Shown: in pieces, positions 37,496 through 47,655 of the stretch | Layout: each line of letters opens with the position of its first letter | Position numbering within the stretch: the stretch's first letter is position 1 | IMG/VR virus record: IMGVR_UViG_3300005613_000008 | Span: 63,324-127,323 of that record | Length of the DNA: 64,000 bases | Direction: 5' to 3' (one strand) | Source of the DNA: a virus | Notes under the pieces: model-generated | The model's database searches: none | The model's input: the letters and a program-made list of their open reading frames with translations, nothing else | Told to the model about the DNA's origin: nothing | Made by a program: the position numbers and the translations under genes

Positions 37496-37521
37496 GGCTC
37501 CTTCGGGAGCCTTTGCTTTTT
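37496..37521 (+). terminator. Intrinsic terminator with UUCG loop
   Basis: GGCTCC-TTCG-GGAGCC followed by TTTGCTTTTT. Confidence 0.8.
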
Positions 37522-37531
37522 GTATAGATGG

Positions 37532-37538
37532 CTATTTA
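37532..37538 (+). promoter_or_regulatory. Putative late promoter (CTATTTA)
   Basis: 26 nt before the tape measure start. Confidence 0.6.
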
Positions 37539-37557
37539 TAGGGAGAGGTGACTTTAG

Positions 37558-39654
37558 ATGGCAGATGATCCAAAACAGTTAAAAAATGCCTTTGAAGCTT
37601 TAGCGAAACAGATCGAGGCTTTAACTGAAATTAACAAAAAGTTGCTTCAAGACACTATTGTCGCTAATGAAAAAGTTGCTGACTCACAAGCAAAGACAAA
37701 CAAAAATCTGCAAGAAGAGATAGCTAAAAGGCGACTAATTTTAGACTCACAAATAGCTCAAACCGCAGAAACCAAAAAGCAAGCAGAAGAAGCGGGAAGA
37801 TATGCCGAAAAACAAAGACTTCTTGACGAGTATTATTCTCAAACAATTGAAAATTTACAAGAAGAAATCCGTCTAAGAAAAGAAAATGGTGAAGGCGTTG
37901 ATGAACTTGTAAAAAAACTAGAAGAAGCCAAAAAGGGTCAAAAGAATCTAAACGATGAGACCAAAAAAGGCACCAAGAGTATAGAGAAGTATGGAGGCAT
38001 TTTAAAAAATGTTTTAAAAGGAGATTTAAAAAGTGTCCTGACTGGAGTTGGAAAAGAATTTGCGGGTAAAAGCAAATTTATTCAAAAACAAATGGGCAAC
38101 CTTGAGAGCAAATTAGTTCAAGTCGGAAAATCAGGCGGCAAAGCACTGGCTGCCCTAGGTGCCTCTGCGGTGGCATTGGCTGCTGCGTTGTTTATTACAA
38201 AAGAAATTATTAAACTCGCTATCTCCGTTGAAAACTTAAGCAGAGAGATCCAAAAAGCCACCGGGTTGTCTAAAGACTTTACAAATCAGATAATGGCAAA
38301 TGCCGATGCTGTCCGTGCTTTCGATCCACAAATGAAGATGCTTGGAGCAACCACTCAAGAGCTTGCGAAATCATTCACCGACTTCTCTATGCTAAATAAA
38401 GAAGTAGCAGCAGATGTCGCTGTTACACTAACGGCTCTAACTGCTCTTGGGATAGGAGCAGGGGACTTGGCGAAGGGAATGCAGCTATCAACCAAGGCTC
38501 TTGGGCAAAATGCCGACCAAGCAACACAAACACAACTTGAATTAAATGCCTTAGCAAGAGATATAGGTGTAGCCCCGGCAGAAATGGCTGCGAACTTTGC
38601 TGCTGCTGGTCCTCAACTCGCTAAACTAGGAAGAGATGGCGTAAAAGCTTTCAAGGACTTAGCTATTACTTCTAAGATTACAGGTATTGAAGTCAGCAGG
38701 CTTCTCGCGATTACCGAAAAGTTTGATACATTTGAGGGCGCAGCAGAACAAGCAGGTAAGTTGAATGCTGCATTGGGCGGCAACTTCGTCAATGCTATGG
38801 AATTGATGACTGCAACAGATCCTGCCGAACGTTTTGAGATGATTAGAGACTCTGTTCTTGATGCTGGACTTGCTTTTGACGATATGTCTTACTATCAACG
38901 TAAGTTTTATGCTGATGCTATGGGGCTAAACGATGTTTCCGAACTTGCTCTTGTTCTTTCGGGCAACATGGAATCTCTAAACGGAGAGATAGGCAAAACT
39001 TCTGCTGATTATGAAAATGCAGCGAAAATGGCAAGAGACTTCCAGTCCGTACAAGATCAAATTAAAAATGCAATTCACGCGCTAATTCCAGTTGTTCAGC
39101 CGCTGGCTGAATTAATTGGTGACCTTGCATCCGAAGTTTCAACTTTTATTACCGAAAATAAGGAGCTATTACGCTCAATAGGTTATGGGCTATTAGTAGC
39201 ACTTGCAGCAGTGGGGGTGGCTTTAGCCGTCGTTGCTGGTAAGTTCATTTTGATTGCTGGGGTTGTTATGGGTGTCGTTACAGCAATTGGGGCACTTATA
39301 AATATAATGTTGCATAAAAGAAATTCTCCAACATTTTTTGAAAGCTTATTAGAAACAGCAGATAGGTTTGACAAACTGTCTGGTTCTACAAAGAAGTTTG
39401 CTATAGAAACAGAAAACACTTCAACCTCTGTTGATGAAATGAGAAAATCTATGAGCCAAGTATCTACCAATAGAGCAGGTGCTCCAATTTATGCCACAAA
39501 CAATGCAGTCAGCAATGCGGTCAGCAGTGCCATCAATAGTACAATAAACAACTACGGACAGCAAAATAGCCAGAACATTGTAATCGAACTTGATGGTAAG
39601 AAGGTTGGTGAAGGTGTTATGGGTAAGTTCGCAAGAAATGCAGCTATGGTATGA
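37558..39654 (+). CDS. Tape measure protein
   Basis: 698 aa, Ala/Gly/Leu-rich helical, hydrophobic segments near aa 200 and aa 545-585; follows tube and chaperone. Confidence 0.8.
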   Translation: MADDPKQLKNAFEALAKQIEALTEINKKLLQDTIVANEKVADSQAKTNKNLQEEIAKRRLILDSQIAQTAETKKQAEEAGRYAEKQRLLDEYYSQTIENLQEEIRLRKENGEGVDELVKKLEEAKKGQKNLNDETKKGTKSIEKYGGILKNVLKGDLKSVLTGVGKEFAGKSKFIQKQMGNLESKLVQVGKSGGKALAALGASAVALAAALFITKEIIKLAISVENLSREIQKATGLSKDFTNQIMANADAVRAFDPQMKMLGATTQELAKSFTDFSMLNKEVAADVAVTLTALTALGIGAGDLAKGMQLSTKALGQNADQATQTQLELNALARDIGVAPAEMAANFAAAGPQLAKLGRDGVKAFKDLAITSKITGIEVSRLLAITEKFDTFEGAAEQAGKLNAALGGNFVNAMELMTATDPAERFEMIRDSVLDAGLAFDDMSYYQRKFYADAMGLNDVSELALVLSGNMESLNGEIGKTSADYENAAKMARDFQSVQDQIKNAIHALIPVVQPLAELIGDLASEVSTFITENKELLRSIGYGLLVALAAVGVALAVVAGKFILIAGVVMGVVTAIGALINIMLHKRNSPTFFESLLETADRFDKLSGSTKKFAIETENTSTSVDEMRKSMSQVSTNRAGAPIYATNNAVSNAVSSAINSTINNYGQQNSQNIVIELDGKKVGEGVMGKFARNAAMV

Positions 39655-39665
39655 GAGGATAAAAA

Positions 39666-40661
39666 ATGGCACAAAAATTATTTGATGTAAGAAAGTATCA
39701 AGACGAAAGACCAACACTTGTGGATGGCTCAGATGCTCTTGCTAATCAAAGAGAACTAGTAATTTCTTTCTACCATGTACCTTCAGAAAGAAGTGTATTC
39801 TTTAAAGCTTTCATAACTGCTTTTTCCGAGACTTATAACTCCAACTTTACTCCAACTGAAGTCTTTGGTAGAACAGATCCAATCTATCAGTATAAGAATA
39901 CAACAAGAAAAATTTCTCTCACTTTTGAAGTTCCAGCAGCAAGTGAAGGCGAAGCATACGAAAATCTCGGCAGAGTCTCGGCACTTGAACAAATGTTGTA
40001 TGCTTCATACACCGGAGATCCCAATAACGCTTTAAACATAACACAGGCTCCCCTTATTCGCTTAAAGGTAATGAACTTGTTACAGACTATTGGAAGAGAG
40101 CCCACCACAACAGGAGGGCAAGATTTATATTCTTTTTATGAATCGACTTCAAATTCTGATAGGGGGCTTCTTGGAATCATAGATAACCTCTCGGTCAATC
40201 ATAATATTGTTAGCGATGATGGTGTTTTTCATAAAGGAACAAATACGATTCTTCCAAAGAATATAGAACTAAGTATTGGATTTTCGCCTATTCATGAAAC
40301 TACGATAGGGTGGGATGGCGATAAGAAACAAATCAACAATCTCTTTCCTTATAATGTTATCACGGAAGAAACAGAATTAGGAAAAGACTCAGATGTATTA
40401 CCAGCGTACAAAGAACAGGCTGAAAAAGAAAAAGCCGAAGAGCAAGCACGAAGAGTAAGACAACAACAAATTGATAGCGCAAAAGCACGCTATGGCGGCG
40501 TCTTAGGAAACATGAGAATGAACGCAGATGTTCGTAGAGCAGGGAGAGGTAATGATAAGGCTTTGAATAGATTGGGCGCAGGATCGGTGGCTGGTATTGA
40601 AGGTGCCGATGAGGCACTTAAAGAAGGCTTCGAAGGATACATTGAGGATTTCATCGAATGA
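39666..40661 (+). CDS. Tail tube initiator/baseplate protein (gp48/gp54-like)
   Basis: FKAFIT.FSE.YN......GRTDPIYQY..T.RKISL.F, APLIRL; follows the tape measure. Confidence 0.65.
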   Translation: MAQKLFDVRKYQDERPTLVDGSDALANQRELVISFYHVPSERSVFFKAFITAFSETYNSNFTPTEVFGRTDPIYQYKNTTRKISLTFEVPAASEGEAYENLGRVSALEQMLYASYTGDPNNALNITQAPLIRLKVMNLLQTIGREPTTTGGQDLYSFYESTSNSDRGLLGIIDNLSVNHNIVSDDGVFHKGTNTILPKNIELSIGFSPIHETTIGWDGDKKQINNLFPYNVITEETELGKDSDVLPAYKEQAEKEKAEEQARRVRQQQIDSAKARYGGVLGNMRMNADVRRAGRGNDKALNRLGAGSVAGIEGADEALKEGFEGYIEDFIE

Positions 40662-40999
40662 GCGACATCAAAAACTTTACATCCACAACAATCATAAACG
40701 ACACAGACTTTTACAGAGAGTTGCGTGAGCGTAGAGGCGTAAAACAAATAGAACAATTTACAACTCCACGCTTACGACATCCAACTCTTGCAGACAGAGT
40801 GAGGATAAAGACTTCTACTCACATCTGGAAATACGGCGATAGATTCTACAATCTCGCACATCAATACTATGGTGATACTCGTTATTGGTGGGTCATTGCT
40901 TGGTGGAATGGAGTTCCAACAGAAGCAGAGGCAAACACGGGCGATGTGCTTGAGATCCCAATAGATATTAGTGAAGCCTTATTGGCTTTAGGGGCGTGA
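40658..40999 (+). CDS. Baseplate LysM/gp53-like protein
   Basis: HIWKYGDRFYNLAHQYYGDTRYWWVIA.WN...G..LEIP. Confidence 0.8.
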   Translation: MSDIKNFTSTTIINDTDFYRELRERRGVKQIEQFTTPRLRHPTLADRVRIKTSTHIWKYGDRFYNLAHQYYGDTRYWWVIAWWNGVPTEAEANTGDVLEIPIDISEALLALGA

Positions 41000-41002
41000 T
41001 AG

Positions 41003-44000
41003 ATGGCTTGCTATGATCCAAGTAATCCTTTAAGTAAAGAAGAATTTGATGCTCTTTTTGAAAATGTTCATAAAGATTCAAATAAATGGGATTCAGTTAT
41101 TCAAAAGTATTCATCAGAGCAGCCAGATGGATTTCTTGAACAAGCTGCCGACTGGTTCTCTGACTCGTTCAGAGTAAGTGTAGAAGATATCCAAAAGCCA
41201 AACGAATTCATTCCGTGGATGAAAGATACAGGCAAACATTTAAAAATTAATACGTTTTATGCTGACTATTATAGAGATGTCTTAAAGGATGGACGCTTTG
41301 GTTCTCCAAGTAGAATACCTTTTGAAAGAAGATATTCAAATATAGTATGTAATACAGGCAACGATTCACTTGAAAACAAAATTTTAGAACTTTATGAAGA
41401 ATCTGTATCAAGTTATTTAAACTCTGTTATCGAAAGTGATGAACAGGGTATCTTCGCTCAAAATACGGGATTAACAAGCGAACAGATTAGGGCTGCTTCC
41501 GAATCCAAAGAAGGTCGAGATGCCGCAGTGGCAGCATTAGATGACCAAAGAGATAGGTCTGATAAAAGAAAAGAAGATATTAAAAAATCTTTATTTACTG
41601 ACAGGGCAATTTACCAAGAGCAATGCTTTCTATTATCTCAGATAATAAAGCTAGTAGATTTAAAGCAAGACACCCACATTCCTAGACTGCCTTATACTGA
41701 ATCTAAAATTTTTACCAAAGTATCACCTCCACTAAAATCAGAAATAGATGTCAATGCAAACTCGCCAATCTTGGTTGCAGATCAGCCTTTTGGCTTCATA
41801 AACAGAATGACCCAAGTTGCTCATTCAAAAAAACTCTTTAATTTAACAACAGATAAAATTTCCTCTCTTGTGCCATCAATCAAACTTTACAAAGTTGAAA
41901 CAGATAGTAAAACAGGTAAAGATGTGGGATTTGTAGAAATCGAATTCGACTCTAATCCTGCTATAAAATCTTATGCTGGAGAGCGCAGCGCACTTGACTT
42001 GTTTAAAGATAAGAGAAAGAGAGGTTTGGGTGTAGGCTTAAAAGACTTTAGTTTTACTTTTCACGGTTCTGACCCATTTGCAGCTAAAAAAGCAATTCTA
42101 GCTAAGCTATCTATTTTTGCAACAAGTTTTGGCGACTTGATTCAAAATAGAGTCGGTACTTATAAAGCTATCTCTAAGGATTCTGAACAAACAAACATAA
42201 ATTCACAATACAAATTTGCCGATCTTGCTCTCAAAACCGGAAAGACACCTGAAGACTTAAGAACAAACTTATCAAAAATACAAAAAGATAATTTGGACAA
42301 ACTCAACTTTAGGCTAAAAGCAGTTCTTGGCTGGGCTATCCCACAAGATGCTCGTTTTACATCTGAGGAACGAGACGCAATAAACGATTCTTTTGTCAAT
42401 ATCAATCTTACACCAACAACCCATGATTTCAGCTTTGATGAAATGGGCGGTGTTACATTTACAATAAATTATCTTGCTTACATCGAAGACTATTTCAACA
42501 ATCCGTCTTTTAATATTTTTTCATCCAGCGGTATAGAGCTAAACAGAGTTGGTAGAAAGTTATTTTATGAATTTTTGAGTAATCAGAAATGCGATGACAA
42601 CACAATCCAGCAAGTTAAAGAGCAAGACGCTCCTCTTATCCAAGCAGAGAAGGGGCTCTCTTTATCGAAGATTGTAAGACAATTGAGCTATCAAAACAAG
42701 ATTCTTTACTATAATTTGACTTACGATCAAATCAACCAATTTCTTAGAACTGGCAAATTTACTGGGTCGCCTCCTGAGCCAAAGATAGATAATGAGAGCG
42801 ATACTACAGCAATAAGACAAGCTTTCAAGACACAACTAAATGATTCCGGCATCAACGATGAGAAATTGATACAAAATCTACAAATTTCTTTAACTTCAAC
42901 TTCTCGTGATAGAAACAAAATCTCATTCTTTTATGTCTCAGATTTAATTGATGTTATTATGCAAAATATCGATAAAAGCTTGAATGAGATCAGCGAGAAA
43001 CTTAAGGACTCCACCAAAGAAGCACTCAATTATTATCAAAATGCAGGCTCATCTACAACCAACCTAGCTACAACGATTCAAACTTCTTTAAATGAGTTTA
43101 TAGAAAGTAGTGAAAAAAGTTCTTCTGTTGCAAAAGAGACAGAAAGGTTACTAAAAGCAAAAGAACAGTTTAAAAAACTAAGAATTGTTCTTGGACCAAT
43201 GGAGATTACAGATCCATTTGATAAATCAAAGATAAGATTTTGTTCTATTGGGGATATTCCCATATCTCTGAATTATTTCATAGAGTTTATGACTGAGAAG
43301 ATGTTAAGCAAAGATTTAGCCTATTACCCAATAACTAACTTTATCAAAGATCTAACAAGTGACTTAATACGAAACTTTATCAATAGTGACGGCTGTTTCT
43401 CTTTCAATACAAAACAGAGAGTTAGATTAAACAGTTCTGTAATTTCTGCATTTGCTAGATCAGATAAAGCTAGAAAAGAAGGAGAAGACGACTTAACTTA
43501 CTTTATTAGATCTAATCCAAAAACAATCGGAAAAAATGGAATCTTCAATGTTCCAACAGCAATGCAGAAAGGATTAAAACCAGTTTTGCAAGTCGCAGGT
43601 CCAAGCAGAAGCCCATTAAGCTTATTACAGCCTGAACGTGAATTTAACTATTACGTTTTTTATGCAGGAAGAGCATACCCAACAGAGTTTATGACTGGCG
43701 ATGAAGAAAAAGACGCAAAAAGTGGCATTTTTCACTACATTTTAGGCAAAGATAGAGGATTGGTTAAAAACATAACTCTAGATAAAACAGATCAGCCCGG
43801 TCTCAAAGAACTTCGCTTTGAACAAGAAGGCTATGATGGCTTAACTCAGCTAAGAGAAGTTTATAATGCTAATATCGATTGTTTTCTCAACCCACACACA
43901 TTTCCGGGTACATACATCTATATTGATCCAAAGGGGTTCTCGCCAGAAGCAGGAATAAATTATACTCAGTTTGGAATTGGTGGCTATTACATGATTACAA

Positions 44001-44290
44001 GATCTGAACACTCTATTGGTTTAGGCAAAGCAGATACTAAAATCGTTGCTAAATGGGTTGCCGATTCGACGGGAATGAGACCCGAAGAGCAAAATAGACC
44101 TGATGTCTCTGAAGAAGAAGATAAGCCTAAGAAGTGTGCAGTTCAGAAAAGACAATCTTCTTTCGCCGAAAGATTAGAAAAAGAATTAGTTATAGATAGT
44201 GCTGGAGATGCTGCCCTACTTGTAGTCGCAACCCCTGTTGGGTTTGTTGCTAATGCAATTGTTAAAGCAGCAATTGGTGGAGATGAATAA
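41003..44290 (+). CDS. Large baseplate hub-like protein
   Basis: 1095 aa after the LysM gene; C-terminal YNANI.C......PG.YIYIDP...GGYYMI...H resembles gp27/hub C-termini. Confidence 0.5.
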   Translation: MACYDPSNPLSKEEFDALFENVHKDSNKWDSVIQKYSSEQPDGFLEQAADWFSDSFRVSVEDIQKPNEFIPWMKDTGKHLKINTFYADYYRDVLKDGRFGSPSRIPFERRYSNIVCNTGNDSLENKILELYEESVSSYLNSVIESDEQGIFAQNTGLTSEQIRAASESKEGRDAAVAALDDQRDRSDKRKEDIKKSLFTDRAIYQEQCFLLSQIIKLVDLKQDTHIPRLPYTESKIFTKVSPPLKSEIDVNANSPILVADQPFGFINRMTQVAHSKKLFNLTTDKISSLVPSIKLYKVETDSKTGKDVGFVEIEFDSNPAIKSYAGERSALDLFKDKRKRGLGVGLKDFSFTFHGSDPFAAKKAILAKLSIFATSFGDLIQNRVGTYKAISKDSEQTNINSQYKFADLALKTGKTPEDLRTNLSKIQKDNLDKLNFRLKAVLGWAIPQDARFTSEERDAINDSFVNINLTPTTHDFSFDEMGGVTFTINYLAYIEDYFNNPSFNIFSSSGIELNRVGRKLFYEFLSNQKCDDNTIQQVKEQDAPLIQAEKGLSLSKIVRQLSYQNKILYYNLTYDQINQFLRTGKFTGSPPEPKIDNESDTTAIRQAFKTQLNDSGINDEKLIQNLQISLTSTSRDRNKISFFYVSDLIDVIMQNIDKSLNEISEKLKDSTKEALNYYQNAGSSTTNLATTIQTSLNEFIESSEKSSSVAKETERLLKAKEQFKKLRIVLGPMEITDPFDKSKIRFCSIGDIPISLNYFIEFMTEKMLSKDLAYYPITNFIKDLTSDLIRNFINSDGCFSFNTKQRVRLNSSVISAFARSDKARKEGEDDLTYFIRSNPKTIGKNGIFNVPTAMQKGLKPVLQVAGPSRSPLSLLQPEREFNYYVFYAGRAYPTEFMTGDEEKDAKSGIFHYILGKDRGLVKNITLDKTDQPGLKELRFEQEGYDGLTQLREVYNANIDCFLNPHTFPGTYIYIDPKGFSPEAGINYTQFGIGGYYMITRSEHSIGLGKADTKIVAKWVADSTGMRPEEQNRPDVSEEEDKPKKCAVQKRQSSFAERLEKELVIDSAGDAALLVVATPVGFVANAIVKAAIGGDE

Positions 44291-45468
44291 TGTCAACATT
44301 CTACAAAGATAGTAATAACGAATCTTCACTTCTTTTGTTTAATAAGACAATAGTTTATAAATCTGAAGTTTTAAAAACAGACTACCCAAACTTGATTGAT
44401 TTTACATTTGCCGAAAAAGCTTTATATGGAAAAACAAGTAGAAATTTTATTCCTATTGTTTCAAATCCAAATCTTATAACATTCAAAAACTTTAGATCTT
44501 CAGCAGATCCAAGACAAAGACTACAGGCAATAGGGTTTGTAGTAGATGCTTTTGAAGCATTAGCGCAGCAGTTTAAGAAAGCAGAACAGTCAGGCAAGAT
44601 CTATTCCGATGATCCTTATCTTACTAATCTAAAGGTTTATAAAAGCTATAAAAATAATAGAACAAACTATCAATCTTATCAAGTTAATTTTATCAATGCT
44701 CTCAAAACAAATATGAATGTTAATAACATTTATAACTTTCAAACTTTCATAAAAGAACTCCTTACCACAGTTTCTATTGTAACAAGAAGCTACCCAATGT
44801 CAATGCCTGCTTATACAAAAAGTCGCTTAAATAGTCTTACAAATACAGGTCTTGCTCTTGAGATTGCCGATGAACCCTATGATAACGACGATCAAAAAAT
44901 ATCACAGTTCGTAAACAGCAAGAATTGGGAGTTCTATGTAAATGCTTGTAACTCTTACGGATTTATGATCGATATCAATGCTCCTTGGCGTTTGATCGCA
45001 GATCTTGACTCGGAAGCGATGATAGGTTATGCTACTACTTATGGATTCAATTCAACGGATTTTGTTTTGGCATTAGGTTTTCAAACAACTCACAACTCAT
45101 ATTTCAATGACTTGCCGAGACAATTACTCAGTCTTTACAATGAGTTAGTGCCAACACATATACCAACTTACACAGAATGTGGTTCCAAGATTATAACAAC
45201 AGAGCGCTATACTATCGAGAGTCTGAAGGAAAAGTTCTCAAATGATTTCTTTTTGAAGTTTTATTTTGATCTCAGGTTCTCGGAAGAAGAGAATCAGTTC
45301 AATGTAACAGAGAAACAGAGGATCGTGAAGGATTGTCTTCAGATCTCCAAGGCACAAGACAATACCACAGCCATAGGTCGCTTTGAACGTTTTGTCAATC
45401 AACCATTTGACTACAGAGGATCCTTGAGTTATCTTAACAAGGCAAGAAAACTACGAGAGGACACATGA
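44290..45468 (+). CDS. Hypothetical protein
   Basis: 392-aa ORF, TAATG coupled. Confidence 0.7.
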   Translation: MSTFYKDSNNESSLLLFNKTIVYKSEVLKTDYPNLIDFTFAEKALYGKTSRNFIPIVSNPNLITFKNFRSSADPRQRLQAIGFVVDAFEALAQQFKKAEQSGKIYSDDPYLTNLKVYKSYKNNRTNYQSYQVNFINALKTNMNVNNIYNFQTFIKELLTTVSIVTRSYPMSMPAYTKSRLNSLTNTGLALEIADEPYDNDDQKISQFVNSKNWEFYVNACNSYGFMIDINAPWRLIADLDSEAMIGYATTYGFNSTDFVLALGFQTTHNSYFNDLPRQLLSLYNELVPTHIPTYTECGSKIITTERYTIESLKEKFSNDFFLKFYFDLRFSEEENQFNVTEKQRIVKDCLQISKAQDNTTAIGRFERFVNQPFDYRGSLSYLNKARKLREDT

Positions 45469-46655
45469 TTTTCCAAACACTTGACGACAAGTCGGAATGT
45501 GTTGGTGTTTATGTTGACGGAAAGCTTCACTTTGACAGCATCCCCGATGGTTTGACCAAGACATGGAAGTACACTGGCTCTGTGCAGGACGATGCAATCG
45601 AGTATGCTTGGCTCTACACAGGAGGAAAGAACCTTCAAGAAGCTTGTTCTGATGACCTCAAACAAGAACTAACTGAGATCCAGAAAACATTCAAAGCTTA
45701 TATGAAATCATTTCAGATCGCCAAGATAAACCTCCGAGATAACTGTTTCTTTGATCTCGTTCCCTCGGACTTTCTAATGGAATTCTGCGAGATTCGTAAT
45801 AAGATCACGGAACATGTTTTCAGCACTTATGAGAAGCCAGAAAATTACGATCACCTTGACCGTGTTTATAAGCTTCTTCACAAGATTCATTATCAGAAAT
45901 TGGAGATCAATGTGGATGGTTGCCGCAACCTTATGACGAACACAAGCGACCGAGAAGACATCAAGGTGCTTGTAAAAAATAAGTCACACTATGTTGACTA
46001 TAATCTTTTTGGAACGGTTACGGGGCGTCTCACAACCAATAGAACAAGTAATCCTATCTTGACTATGAAATCCAAGTTCCGCTCCCTAATCAAACCAACG
46101 AACGACTGGTTTGTGTCTCTTGATTACAACGGAGCAGAGGTTAGAACTTTTTTGGCTCTCTCGGGGCACGAACAGCCGCAGGAAGATATTCATCTTTGGA
46201 ATATGCGGCACCTTTACGCAAACACACCAATCGATCGTGACGAAGCTAAGGTGATGTTCTTCTCTGCATTCTACAACAACAACGATATGAGTCTAAACGG
46301 CTCTATCTACGACAGAGAGAAGGTTCTGACCGAGAACTATAAAGACAATAAAATTAAAACTCCTTTTGGGAGGACGGTTGAGGTAGATGAGAGAAAAGCT
46401 TTCAGCTATCTTATTCAGAGCACAACTGCTGACACCACTCTCGAACGTGCAGTAGAGTTAGATAGGATTCTTAGAAGTACAAAATCTCATGTTGCGTTCA
46501 TTGTTCATGACGAGATTGTTCTGGATATTCATGAAGACGATAAATATCTGATTCCAGAACTAAAAGAGGTATTCCAGAACAACAAACTTGGTAGTTTTAT
46601 GGCTAATATAAAGGCAGGTAAGACTTATGGAGATATGAAGGAATTGAAGCTATGA
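45465..46655 (+). CDS. polA: Family A DNA polymerase, polymerase domain only
   Basis: FGTVTGRLT, motif A LDYNGAEVR, motif B RDEAK.MFF, YLIQSTTAD, motif C VHDEIV. Confidence 0.85.
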   Translation: MIFQTLDDKSECVGVYVDGKLHFDSIPDGLTKTWKYTGSVQDDAIEYAWLYTGGKNLQEACSDDLKQELTEIQKTFKAYMKSFQIAKINLRDNCFFDLVPSDFLMEFCEIRNKITEHVFSTYEKPENYDHLDRVYKLLHKIHYQKLEINVDGCRNLMTNTSDREDIKVLVKNKSHYVDYNLFGTVTGRLTTNRTSNPILTMKSKFRSLIKPTNDWFVSLDYNGAEVRTFLALSGHEQPQEDIHLWNMRHLYANTPIDRDEAKVMFFSAFYNNNDMSLNGSIYDREKVLTENYKDNKIKTPFGRTVEVDERKAFSYLIQSTTADTTLERAVELDRILRSTKSHVAFIVHDEIVLDIHEDDKYLIPELKEVFQNNKLGSFMANIKAGKTYGDMKELKL

Positions 46656-47515
46656 TTTCGCTGATAGGCATAGGCGAAGCAGGCTGCAATGTGGTATCTC
46701 TGTTCGAGAACCATAAAGAATATAATTGTTTTCTATTCTCGGAAGGACAGGAGAATACAAAATACACGAGAAAACTATCAAAAGTGACTAAAGCAGAAGA
46801 TTGTGAGGAACAGGCACCTGACTTATCTTCTTACAAGACACTTTCGGCAATCCAAGAGAGGGTGCAAGTTTTTCTTTGCGGGTCTTCATTTTCCGCAAAC
46901 TATACACTTGCTATCTTACAGCAAATAAGAGACAGAAAAATAGACATTTTCTACATTAGACCCGATGTAGATCTCTTAATTGGAGAGTTACGGCTACAAG
47001 AGCGAGCAATTTTTGGTATTTTACAGGAATATGCTCGCTCCGGTTTATTCAATAGTATCACTATTTTCTCCAATCCAGAAATTGAAAAGACAATAGGCGA
47101 GATCCCAATAAAAAAATACTTTGAGGCTATCAACAAGAGTATTTATTATGCTGTTCATTACTTAAATGTATTCGATCACACAACACCGATCGTAGGCAAC
47201 TTGACAAAGCCCTCAGAAGTGCAGAGAATCCGCTCTGTAGGTGTGGTTTCAGTAGATAAATTAAGTGAACAATGGTACTACAAAATGCAGGAAGATCGCG
47301 ATGTAGCGTACTATTTATGTATAGCGACAAGCCGCTTGGAAACGGACGGAAAACTCCATTCCCGAGTGGTTGAGAGCCTAAAAAGTAAACCCCGAAACGC
47401 ATTTAAAAATGTGACTTATGGAATCTATGAGTCACCCTATGAAAGCGACTTCGGATTCTGCGTTGCTCACACAAATTTCATCCAAGGACAAAAAATACTT
47501 GACAGCACAGACTGA
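46652..47515 (+). CDS. Second, degenerate tubulin/FtsZ-family protein
   Basis: T1 loop LIGIGEAGCNV; the GGGTGS signature is replaced by CGSSFSA; IFSN and YFEAINK sit at tubulin-equivalent positions. Confidence 0.6.
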   Translation: MISLIGIGEAGCNVVSLFENHKEYNCFLFSEGQENTKYTRKLSKVTKAEDCEEQAPDLSSYKTLSAIQERVQVFLCGSSFSANYTLAILQQIRDRKIDIFYIRPDVDLLIGELRLQERAIFGILQEYARSGLFNSITIFSNPEIEKTIGEIPIKKYFEAINKSIYYAVHYLNVFDHTTPIVGNLTKPSEVQRIRSVGVVSVDKLSEQWYYKMQEDRDVAYYLCIATSRLETDGKLHSRVVESLKSKPRNAFKNVTYGIYESPYESDFGFCVAHTNFIQGQKILDSTD

Positions 47516-47527
47516 TCACGTTACCTT
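47499..47527 (+). promoter_or_regulatory. Sigma70-type promoter (TTGACA-17-TACCTT)
   Basis: Inside the end of the upstream gene. Confidence 0.5.
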
Positions 47528-47575
47528 ATAACTTGAGCAAGGGGAAGCTCTCAGACATACCCCAGGAAAATACGC

Positions 47576-47604
47576 TTGACAGGACTTGGAGAGCGTGTTA
47601 CATT
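47576..47604 (+). promoter_or_regulatory. Sigma70-type promoter (TTGACA-17-TGtTACATT)
   Basis: 52 nt before the SSB start. Confidence 0.75.
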
Positions 47605-47655
47605 CAGATGGTGAGGAACGCTCATCATACTATAGCCCAACAAAAGGAGATTATT

